A DNA stretch of 64,000 bases, from contig CM035352.1 of assembly GCA_020137815.1 (NCBI GenBank), positions 7,068,001 to 7,132,000 of the forward strand, in the 5' to 3' direction. The notes beneath the pieces are model-generated. The model was not told the origin of the DNA, searched no databases, and saw only the letters and a list, made by a program, of their open reading frames with translations. This DNA is from Hormiphora californensis. Its lineage: Eukaryota; Animalia; Ctenophora. This document shows positions 1 to 11,400 of this stretch, piece by piece. The position numbers were made by a program, and so were the translations under genes. How positions within the stretch are numbered: the stretch's first letter is position 1; each line of letters starts with the position of its first letter.

Positions 1-185
1 ACTTCAGGTTTCAAGCGCTATAGTATATCATTGCTCGGCCTCTGACTTTTGCTTTGCTTCGGCCTCTCAATAATATCTAGAAATATACTGTTTTAAGGGC
101 AGTTATAATGAGACAATTGTACCATTAAAAACTTTGTCGTCGTTTAAATGATTTGTGGAAGTCTAACTTTCTTCTTCTCTGCCAG

Positions 186-660
186 GTACGATCTTGGAGA
201 TCCCTTCATCAGAGTGGACAGTAGATGAGATCTTGGATGATATCAATCCACTTGGTATCTTCCACTTGATTGTCTTGGCTTTACTTTTCTGTGGTGCACC
301 ACCTGTACTTGGTTTTCAGGTAAAGTTTACCACAAACAGCGTTGTCTCGCAGCTGTTTACTGTGAACATGGCTGCGCTGTTTGAGTATTTAGATTTTCGA
401 CAAAAATGATTTGAATATTGGTACGATTTTGGTTGCAATCCTTAATTGCCTAAACTTATCACATCACAGCCATGATATTATGTGACCCATCATTTGTTAT
501 GTAACATGACCCATATCCAGGATTTTGTACTAAGGACACAATCAGTGGTCCCCAAGTGGCGGTGTCTGGGTCCGAGTTGTGAGAACATCACCGATATTTG
601 CAAGGCGGACAGGGTCGACTGGGAGTGGGAGAACATACTGGAGAATGCTGTGTCTCAATA
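186..660 (+). pseudogene. Upstream tandem duplicate of the first two visible SLC22 exons
   Basis: 186-319 is near-identical to 876-1009. ~520-657 is near-identical to 1178-1316 but ends GTGTCTCAA-TAA (stop) without the WDIAC codons or donor. Confidence 0.75.
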
Positions 661-735
661 ATGTTCCTGTCTTTTGTAGTTCAGTGTTGTAGATGCAAAG
701 TAGTTTGGTAGGGTTTATGGGTCAAATATGCTCTA

Positions 736-812
736 CCCCGATATACCGGGCACCCCGATTTACCGGGCAAAATGACTTCCCCCGAGGATCCCGGTAAATC
801 GGGGTCCGACTG
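736..812. mobile_element. Truncated MITE (right end) of the CAGTCGGACCCCGATT family
   Basis: Ends TAAATCGGGGTCCGACTG|TA, the same terminus as the intact element at 52762-52939. Confidence 0.75.
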
Positions 813-875
813 TATTAATATTTGTGGAATTCTGACTTCCATACTCTTCTTGAATCTACATTCTCTCTCTGCCAG

Positions 876-3800
876 GTACGATCTTGGAGATCCCTTCGTC
901 AGAGTGGACAGTAGATGAGATCTTGGATGATATCAATCCCCTTGGTATCTTCCACTTGATTGTCCTGGCTTTACTTTTCTGTGGTGCACCACCTGTACTT
1001 GGTTTTCAGGTAAATTTAGGGCTGCGAGAAAACGCTATTTGTGTGTTTAAATTTTAGACAAGAATGATTTGAATATTGGTACGATTTTGATTGCAATCCT
1101 TAATTGCCTAAACTTATCACATCATGATCATGATATGTGACCCATCAATTGTTATGTAACATGACCCATATATCCAGGACTTTGTACTAAGGACACAATC
1201 AGTGGTCCCCAAGTGGAGGTGTCTGGGTCCCAGTTGTGAGAACATCACCGACATCTGCAAGGCGGACAGGGTCGACTGGGAGTGGGAGAATATACTGGAG
1301 AATGCTGTGTCTCAATGGGATATTGCCTGCTCTTTTGTAAGTACCTACACCTAGGTGTTCCGTGCAACAGTACACCTAGCTGTTTAGCATCGGTACAATT
1401 TCACTGTTTTACTGTTTAGCATCGGTACAATTTCACTGTTTTACTGTTTAGTATCGGTACAATTTCACTGTTTTACTGTTTAGTATCGGTACAATTTCAC
1501 TGTTTTACTGTTTAGCATCGGTACAATTTCACTGTTTTACTGTTTAGTATCGGTACAATTTCACTGTTTTACTGTTTAGTATCGGTACAATTTCACTGTT
1601 TTACTGTTTAGCATCGGTACAATTTCACTGTTTTACTGTTTAGTATCGGTACAATTTCACTGTTTGGAGGCTTTTGATTCAGAAGTTCTGATCGCCCCTT
1701 TCTATAATCACTATTTTGAGACTACACTACTGCATGCACTGTACTGATCGTCATTTTCTATTACAGTCCCGGTCAGTTTTGGAGCTGGTGTTTGATTGTC
1801 CTGGTAGTATTATCGGGGGTTTACTGGTCGCCAGAATGAGTCTTGAAATGGGTCGAAGGTCTTCCTTCCTCATCTTCCTCATAGCATCCCTTACTGTTGG
1901 AACTATGTTATCATCAGGTGAGTTGACTATCTCTTGAAGACTTAGGTCATGTCATAGCTAGCGGATTGCGGAAGCTTAGGGGCTGAGATTCGGTGCTTGT
2001 TTCTACCTCTCGAAAAAAAACGCAATACGAACAGTACAATTATGTTAGCTGTGTTATTAACTGTGTTAACTGACCCATATTTTTGTTTGGACAGCCCAGT
2101 TCTTCGAGGCATACGTTGTATTTCGACTACTCCTGGGAATGTCCCTGACGGCCCTCCACTTGGTGAACTTCATCTGGACGCTGGAGTTCTTCTCCGGGAA
2201 GACAAGACCCATTGCTAACACTGCTTTTGATGGAATCAGGTAAAGAAATTTTTGTCTTTTAGAGCATTGGCATGACCCATATTCTCATTTCTTTTGGAGA
2301 GTGCAAGAACCGCGCTCAGAGCATTGGCCTGACAGTTCAGGTGCAGCTGGGATATTAACCCACAAAGAAACTGTCGCGGAACAAAGATAATCTCTGTGTA
2401 GTAGGACACAAAAGTTCTATCTCTCCCTACTCAGGTTGTTGTGTGTACCTGCTCTGGCAGGTCTAAACACCCTCCTCCCTCAGGTTGTTGTGTGTACCTG
2501 CACTGGCAGGTCTAAACACCCTCCTCCCATCGTGGAATTACCTCCACCTGGCAGCTGTTATAACCCTCCTGACTGGGTTCCTGGTGTACTTCATCGTACC
2601 AGAATCACCCCGCTGGTAAGTGGGAGAATTCTCGACAATTATTAATCAGAATATGACCTTTAGCTTTAGGTCCCTAATTTAGCCGTTCAGGGTTTCCCTG
2701 CATTACTGACTTATTCAGAATTTCTCTCTCTCCACACGTCACACTACTAAATTCCTCCTCCAGGCTGCTGCTATACGAGGGAAACGAACCGGCTGAAGCA
2801 GTCCTAAAGCGGATATCTACCCGTAACGGTGAATCCTACCCAAGGAGGGCTCGTCTCCTAGCGACGGACAAGGAATGGACTGTGAGAGAGGCCATGAAGG
2901 AAGTTATGCCCATGTATGGTATAATTATAGCCATGTGGTCCATGGCTCACCTGGCAACCATCACCCTAGCAACCAACTTGTACTATCCAAATAAGGATCT
3001 CAATTTCTCGTAAGTAGTGGCCGTGGTCTGCGACTGAAACTTTTACAATCTGAGCGGTTCGCTCCGGAATATCTTTTGTGACTCCATTAAGGAACGGGTT
3101 GTTGTTAATCATGATGACAACCAACACACGAACAAAACCACTCCCTGAATACCTTGTTGGGTAAAAGACACCCCTTACTCGACAATGAAAACCTATAGCA
3201 CCTCTCTACGCCACCACTCCCTAAAAACCTATAACCTATAACAACTCTACCCCTGCAGAGGTGCGGTAACATCAGTAGCCGGCCTTCCCTTTCTCCTTTT
3301 CTCGGGACTACTCCTATGTAGGAAGTTGGGTAGGAAAAATACTTTCCTTATCACACTACTTCTCCTTGTACTAACTTGTAAGTTACCAAAATTGATATGA
3401 TCCTTCATGGGTTGTACGGTTTGTTTGTGATTGCTGTGGGTATATTAGCACAGTAAAACTTGATTTATCGGACTATATTTGGACTGTATTTGTACTGTAT
3501 CTTATCACACTCAATAACTACTGCAGGTGCGAGTGTAGTTGTCCCGTGGCCTGGATCAGTGGTGGTGATCCGTGCAGCCTGCTCCTACCTTCTCGCCCCC
3601 TCCCTCCACAGTACACTGACTCTCTGGGTGTTTGAACTGGTACCTACAGTGAATAGAGTCTGCTTTATTGCTGTTCTTCACATAGTACAATCCTTACTCC
3701 TACCCTTCCTTCCACATCTTCTACAGCCACTTGACATATGGTATGTAGTGTGCATGTAGTTGGTAATTCTTTAGTTGAGCTTCAGTAGTGTGACACTGTT

Positions 3801-5001
3801 AGGAATGGCCGACACCAACAGTAATTGTTAGTGTCGGGGCCATTTCTAACAGTTCCTGTAGTTGCAATGACTCTGTAATTGGGCTCAGTTTGCATTCAGC
3901 TCTGAACATGTTTCTCTCGACAAAACATGTGCGATCTATCGACACCTTACTTACTAATACTGCTTAAAGTTTACACGTGCCTCAGTATATAACTGAGTAA
4001 TCACGTACATAACATCTTTCAGGGGCGGGTATGGTCACGTTGTGATAGCAGTTGTCCTGTTAGTTCTCTGTGGAGCGTGTGCATCGCTCCTGGATGAAAC
4101 AGGCAAACGGAGCCTATACGAGGTACGTGAGAGAATCATGACATGACCATGACATGACCATGTCGTAACCATGCTGTGACCATGTGTTGATGATATATCA
4201 GTGAGACTGATAATCATAGTGATCGCCCATTGGACAGTGGTGGTGTACATTTACAATACGTCATATCCAGCCAAAATAGTATGACATACTTACTGTAAAG
4301 ATTCATATTAGCTGCACCAGACTGGGATAGTTTGGATCACTAAATTTAGGTTTCATGTTACTAGTACATTCAGTAACTCTACGTGATGCCAGTCAAATAT
4401 GTCACTCACTCCCACGCACATTGCACAAAGGGGGTGGTTGCTAGGTAGGGGTGGGAAGGCCAAGGCTAGGTTTCTATCAAGTGTGAAAATCGGTAAAGCA
4501 TGACCAGGCTGCAGCTTTATTGAATACGACACCGTATTATCGCACAAATAACCCAAAGGGACCCAAAAGCAGCATACCAACAATTCTTGAGACCCGTACT
4601 CAGCAACTTATTCAGGCCTAAACAACTCTGACCCCCATCATCTTCCCCCCAGGTCCCTCTACAGAATACACCCTCACCCTTCCCCCGGGTCCCGAGCTAA
4701 CTCTGACCCCCATCATCTTCCCCCAACAGCTCCCTATACAGAACACACCCTCACCCTTCCCCCGGTCCCCAGCTAACTCTGACTCCCATCACCTTCCCCA
4801 CAGGTCCCTCTACAGAACACACCCTCACCCTTCCCCCGGGGACTCCTTAAAAAACTCACCCTACCTCGAATCTGCATCAGATCCCCCTCATCAAAACAGA
4901 ATGGAACGGCACTATCAACAGAGCCGGTTGATAGCCCAGTATCTCCAGATCCCCTACACAGTCCAGACACAGATGATCCACTGATGACTCCTACTACCTG
5001 A
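876..5001 (+). CDS. SLC22-like organic cation/anion MFS transporter, 5'-partial, multi-exon
   Basis: Phase-consistent GT-AG exons 876-1009, 1178-1336, 1767-1917, 2095-2239, 2484-2615, 2764-3009, 3259-3377, 3527-3740, 4023-4122, 4804-5001 (stop TGA). They translate to SLC22 hallmarks: DEILDDINPLGIF, AVSQWDIAC, MGRR, VPESPRWL, LGRK, FELVPTVNR, LLDETGK. The start exon is not identified in the window. Confidence 0.88.
1380..1665. repeat. 32-bp intronic minisatellite, about 9 copies
   Basis: Unit CTGTTTAG(C/T)ATCGGTACAATTTCACTGTTTTA repeated head to tail. Confidence 0.95.
4624..4841 (+). repeat. Three ~76-bp tandem copies spanning the last SLC22 splice acceptor
   Basis: AACTCTGACCCCCATCATCTTCCCC..CAG|GTCCCTCTACAGAA(C/T)ACACCCTCACCCTTCCCCCGG occurs three times, with acceptors before 4653, ~4730 and 4804. 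Confidence 0.9.
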
Positions 5002-5426
5002 GAGCAGGGATATTGATTGATTAATTAATTGTAAAGACAGCTTTAACTGATAAATCTGAAAGTGTGTTTGGATTAAGTAAATCTGAGCTGTGTTGGGTTC
5101 GGTTAAATACTTTTCAGATGAATTACGTGGTGATATTACGTACTTTTACTCGATGATATTTGGTGAGGGAGAAAATGTCACGTGATTGAAGAGAACACAT
5201 CATGTCCATGATTGTTGAATAACTTGAGTCCATGAGCTAAAGGGAAAGAGACATTGGAATTTAAGTTTGTAAAATGTTAGGTATCAGATTTATCACGAAT
5301 TGAAATAACCCGATTTGTAATTGAATGTATGCTAAAAAGTTGAATTCGTATTCTACAAGTACAAAACAGCAAGGGAATAATTAAAATTAAAATGCGATTA
5401 ATATTACTCTGAGGTTAATTAATAAA

Positions 5427-8400
5427 TTAATTAAGTTCTACACTACTAGTAACACCAGTGTCTGTCACATTGAACGTTACCCTCCCGGCCCTATTACCAC
5501 ATCCTTTACACACTACTTCTAGACCGTTGAGGGATGACGTGTCTCCCTCAGCAAAACATGTCCAATTTGATGTTCCCTGAACCTCGATTCTCCCGCGCAC
5601 AAAATCTGATAAACAGTACTGTTTCCCAGGGTTGGATTTGTGTTTTAACAGCCAGTCGGTACAGTGTTTACACCTACCAGGCTGATCATGATTGGGGGAG
5701 AGTCCATGCTGATCATGATTGGTTGGCGAGAGTTCAACACTCAATGTTCTGTTTAGCGCTGGTCGACACACCTTCCTCCGCTTCACGACTATACCCCTGC
5801 TGGTGTTCAGGGTGTCATCATCGGGGGAGTGTTGACGCTTCTCCGGGTCGACCTGGCCAAAGGGACCAGAGTCTTCTTTTGGGGGAGGTGGGATAACAGA
5901 AAGGAGATCCTGCTGCTTAGGTTTCAGGAGGGACTGGATTTTGTTGGTTATAGGCTGGTCAGATGTGGAATTAGAGCCATTTGATTTCTCTAGATTCTCC
6001 TTTTCCTCTTCCTTTTCATGGTCGCTATTCAAGGAGACAGTGTCATCACCCGAATCAGAGTAGCCGTTGTTATCGAAGAGGTCTTGAGAGCTGGCATCGC
6101 TCTCATACGCTAGATCACCTGATACTCCTTCATCAACATTTTTGTTAGGAGTGGTGGTTGGACTGACCTCGATCATCGTCGAGGAAGATATTGGTTGCAC
6201 TTTCCTAGCTATGATATGAGTTACTGAGTCGTGCAGTTTCACCGGTGGGCTGGGAGTTTTTTCAAGGAGGATAGAGGCTTTCTCGAACGAGCCTAGTTTA
6301 ACTGAAGCAGGGGTAGAAGTTGGGTGTTTTGTCGAGATCTTGTTTTGAAGGGGAGTAGAGGGTGACTTGATCTGTTCTTGTTTTGGTGACGGAGTAGTTT
6401 TCACTTTCTCAATAATCTCAATCGAACAGTTAAGTGACTTGTCCACGATGATTGGCGACTTTTTCACCGCCTTAAAATCATCATCATCTTCATGAATCTC
6501 AATGATATCTTTTGATTTCGAGAAAATTGGAATAACCGGAGGGACAATAACTGTAGTCTCGTTAATATTCCTCTCCGCTTCCTCCTCCGTCCATATCCCA
6601 TCAGCTGCAATCCTCTCCTCGCAAAACTCCTCCAGATAATGGAAGGCATCCTCACACCGCATCACTCTCAGCTCATCTCTAATCCACCTCGAAATACTCC
6701 GTCTATAGTTATCATTATTAGCTATCCTGGCCTCTATCATGATGATTGCACCCCAATCACGGATATGACGAAGACACCGTCCTAGAGCTTGGTTAACAGC
6801 CCGGAAAGCTTGGATGGTGTACCATTCCTGGCCTGTTAGGAGTCCCAGAGTTTTAGTGTGCTGATCGTTATACTTCCGCTTGTCTGTCACCTGGGGGCGT
6901 TAAAATGTTATACATTTTTAATTGTATTAATTAAAGCCAGAGGGGGGGGTCGACCGATTTTTGACCACCATTTTGGGCCATTTTCGGGGTTACCATCATG
7001 TGATAGCGCTTGGCATACCGGACCAGATGGATATGACAAAATGTGTTGTGCGCGAACGGTCTGGGAGAAAAATGGGGTTAACTTTTGGCCTGATATCAAT
7101 GTAAACCCCATTATTTTAGGACTGGTATGGGTTTGGACATTCAATTTAGTGCCAAACACTTCGTCCTATCAAGAGGAATCACTCTACAAATATTTAGACC
7201 ATAAGTCCAACTGGTCTTTGAATTATTTGGGGTTAACAGAATCTGGAAAAATCGACGTTATGGCTCCCCTCTAAACCCCATTTTTGCACAGGACTAGCCA
7301 ATTCCTGAAATAACGGCTAGGATCTAGACCTTGTCGTTTGGCACACTTGTTCTACAGACCTAGTAGCCTGAAACTTATGTAGCGATTTTTGATTTAGGCC
7401 CCCGTTCAAAAATTATGGAGGTTAACACATTTTTGATCGAGAAAAAATCCACGTTAACCTCCATAATTTTTGAACGGGGGCCTAAATCAAAAATCGCTAC
7501 ATAAGTTTCAGGCTACTAGGTCTGTAGAACAAGTGTGCCAAACGACAAGGTCTAGATCCTAGCCGTTATTTCAGGAATTGGCTAGTCCTGTGCAAAAATG
7601 GGGTTTAGAGGGGAGCCATAACGTCGATTTTTCCAGATTCTGTTAACCCCAAATAATTCAAAGACCAGTTGGACTTATGGTCTAAAAATTTGTAGAGTGA
7701 TTCCTCTTGATAGGACGAAGTGTTTGGCACTAAATTGAATGTCCAAAACCCTACCAGTCCTAAAATAATGGGGTTTACATTGATATCAGGCCAAAAGTTA
7801 ACCCCATTTTTCTCCCAGACCGTTCGCACACAACACATTTTGTCATATCCATCTGGTCCGGTATGCCAAGCGCTATCACATGATGGTAACCCCGAAAATG
7901 GTCCAAAATGGTGGTCAAAAATCGGTCGACCCCCCCCCCTCTGGCCTTAACAACAAAAAACAAGTGAGAAATTGTCAATTAACATTACCTCCACGCTCTT
8001 GAAATTGGGGAAGGGCAGGCCAACCTGTAATAACCGCACGTGCAGAGTTGTCCGCAAAATCAACCCCCTCAGATATTTTACCCCGGCACACTGCCAGTAA
8101 CAGAGCCCCTGTTTCCACTGAAGCATCAAAACCTGCCATTGTTTCATTGAATACCCTCCTGTTGCTTCCCTTAGCCTCAGCAAACTACCCCTTTGTGAGC
8201 CTCTAGACGCTTCCCAGAGGCCAGTTGCTTGCCAGCGCTCCTGAGACCGTTTCGAGAAGTCGGTAACTGGGAAAGAAGACGAGGACACCGTGAGGGAACA
8301 GGTACCACAAACCCGTGCCACAACCTCTCCAATTCCATCTTGGAACTCGAAACTCTCTGCATTTCCTGTAGCCTGAAAATATGCTGAAACTTTTTAGAGT

Positions 8401-11400
8401 CCTGAAAATATGCGAGGTTTTCATATACTTATAGGGCCGTGATAGAGAGGACTCACGTGAGTGTTATCGGCGACACTTTGAAGTCATTGTGAATGTGAGG
8501 CGAGTAAACATGGTGCTTCGTCATAGCGCGGAGTGGTACTCAACCCCCAATGATAACCGATGTCGGAGCACCACGGTAATAGCTGCTACAGGTTTAAATC
8601 ACCTGTTACCACCACACGTGTAATTACTAACCAGCATTAAATGATTTGCCTTTAGGGCAGGCGGTAAGGTTAACTGCAAAGAAGTTTGATCTAGGAACCA
8701 CGTGTCTTCCTTCGTGTTGCAGTTTGAACTCCGTTCCTAGCTCCGATTGGAACGTGTTCATCGGACTCAGTGTGCCTGGAGGGAAGAGGTAGGATTGAAA
8801 GTGGAGATGGAGTGGTCGCGTAGCAACTATCTCGACACTGGGAAGGAAGGGGCAGGATTGAAGAGGGGAGGGAGGGGTAGGATTGAAGAGGGGAGGGAGG
8901 GTTAGGACTGAAAGGGGGAGGGAGGGGTAGGATTGAGGAAGGGGAGGGAAGGGGCAGGATTGAAGAGGGGAGGGAGGGGCAGGACTGAAAGGGGGAGGGA
9001 GGGGTAGGATTGAGGAGGGGGAGGGAAGGGGTAGGACTGAAAGGGAGAGGGAAGAGGCAGGATTGAAGAGGGGAGGGAGGGGCAGGATTGAAGAGGGGAG
9101 GAGGGGCAGGATTGAAGAGGGGGGGAGGGGCAGGATTGAAGAGGGGGGGAGGGGTAGGACTGAAAGGGAGAGGGAGTAGTCGCATAGCAACCAACAGCGA
9201 CATTGTGAAGTATTCGAGCTCATAGGTTCCTGTGAATGTTGTACGTTTAAAAAACAACGACAAAAAGATGAATGTCTTAACATTGCATTGACATATAGCC
9301 AATCAAACTGAATATATCTGCTAAAATCACATATCAATAAGCAAATATAAAGTTAAACGAGTCCCATTCAACCATATCTTTGGAGCAACTGCAACGAGGG
9401 AGGAAGATGAGGGGTTAACTCTGAATTCTGGGAACGAAGAACTGACTACTGACTGGGTTGTTGCAGTCTACTGTGCAGCCATAGGGTTAAGAACTATCTG
9501 GTGTCGTCGATCTGAGCGCACTGAATCGATTAGAGAATCGAAAAGGGCTCTGGCGTTTCTAAAAACGCTGATAAAACGTAACGTTGATGTAAATTTCACA
9601 CACTGTGTGTAAACAAAAACTACTCGGTAGTGGTACGAAAACAATGTCCCTCTCATTGTCTGTGTCTATTTTATTCAGGCACACTTTTTATCCCGAATGA
9701 ACATGTCAACTTATAATTTTGGTTTTCCCATGGCCATCCGACATGAACTGTTAGTGACATTTTCCTTCATGGATCTTGGATAGGAAATTGTGAACCCGGA
9801 ATCAGAGCCTCGCCTCCGAAGGAAAATCAGGGCAATAGCTGCGACCAGCACAAGAACCCCTGCACATCCGACTATTACATAAATCACGGTATGATCACCT
9901 TCCTTGCGGTGAACCGTGAACTTCCGCCTCCACACCTCAGCTTTCAGGACGGGATCCCATAAAACACAATGCCAGGAGGCCGTACTGTTGACGTCCATCC
10001 CGCGGAAACTTTCCTTAGAGAACCGGAGAGAGACACTAAACTCCCCTTTACGAGCGCTCCACACCGACATTTCGTCGCCGCCTCCCCGGGTGTGCATGGT
10101 GACATTGGTGTATAACTTCCCATCCGGGTCCTCCAACATCAGATCATTGGAGAGTTGGGTGCGGGGCAATGTCTGTACCACACACACCTGTAGATTGTCG
10201 TGGGCGGAGTTAAAGACCCGTCCGTAGGTTAACATGGTGAAACGGTAGAAGGATTGCCGATGAGTTCACCATAGGAACAACTTACTGAGCTGGTGTTGGT
10301 GCGGGGAATGGTAACCATGGTTTCGCGTCGCGTTGAAGTCGGTTGGACCGGGTTGATAGTGGTGATAGAACCTGCTGGGAGGCTAGACCAGCTTGCCGAC
10401 TCCGGTGGAAGTGGGGAATTCTCAGTCACACACGTCAGGTTAACATCAACCCTCCCGCTGTAATATAGCCGATCCTGGGTGACGACCCGGGGAGTGAGCG
10501 GACGATCGACCATACAGAAGCTGTACTTGCGTACCCAAATCCAACGTTTTTCGAGTTGTGTGTAGCAGTACTTGTCTGCTGCTGTATCGAAATTATTAGG
10601 CATCTTGTAAAGAAAAAACGAGTCACAATCATACCGTTCAATTAGGACCGTATCGTCTAGAATTTGGCATGTGTTATTATCCTTGGGTTTATCCTTGGGT
10701 ATGGGGATATTTAGCCGGACAAGATTAAAGTGCACACACCGGGAATCATCGCTAACGAGGCTGTTATTCCTGGCCAAGGCTAGCTGGCTATACCCGTTAC
10801 AAGATTCAACCGGTGGCCATTGTGTGCTGTTCTCACAAACATGTGGACCAAATTCAAAAATACTGGAGAAAGGTTCCGGATACCGTATCCACACATCCGG
10901 CGGACTGTCCTGAAAGTCGCAGTCCCCACAGGTTATGTTTTCAATGGAGGTTTTGTTCCAATCGTTGGTCAGGGTGCACCCTGTGGAGCTGTTGTCATTG
11001 TCATAGGACACAGTGTTGTTGAGCCCTTTGTATTTGGTTGATTTGGTGTACACGGTGTAGGTAGAGGGGTCGGTACAATCTGGGAAGGGACCATCAGTTG
11101 AGGTTGGTATCACAAGGGTTAGGAAGAACCAGGGTAACATATTGACAACCCTGGATAATAATTCTGTCAGTATAAATCGATGAAAAATCCAGAAATCGAA
11201 ATATATTATGCCCCTGAGCTGAATATGTGAGTCTCGAATCAGTATTCTGCAAATAAGGTGATGCAAAATATGGCATTGTGAGTAGAATTTAAAGCTTCGA
11301 GCTATGGGAAAACCAGTAATGCGAATCATACCAGAAATTCGATATTTCTCCAGATAAGAGAGTGAGAAAGTAAAATAGAAATGGGAGGATAGATGGGTAA

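Noticed and set aside
1380-1665. CRISPR-like 32-bp repeats
   Set aside because: Head-to-tail copies with no unique spacers, in a eukaryotic intron, and no cas genes.
6858-7978. Mirror-image ORFs as genes
   Set aside because: They are by-products of the fold-back element with no protein motifs. The same applies to 20717-21448 and 45586-46706.
7989-8372. Programmed frameshifting or deletion RNA editing
   Set aside because: The indels are clustered, often homopolymer-adjacent, and recur in unrelated genes; sequencing error is more parsimonious.
8627-9337. Proline-rich 236-aa and 203-aa ORFs
   Set aside because: Translations of a minisatellite; only 8775-8632 is a real FANCJ exon.
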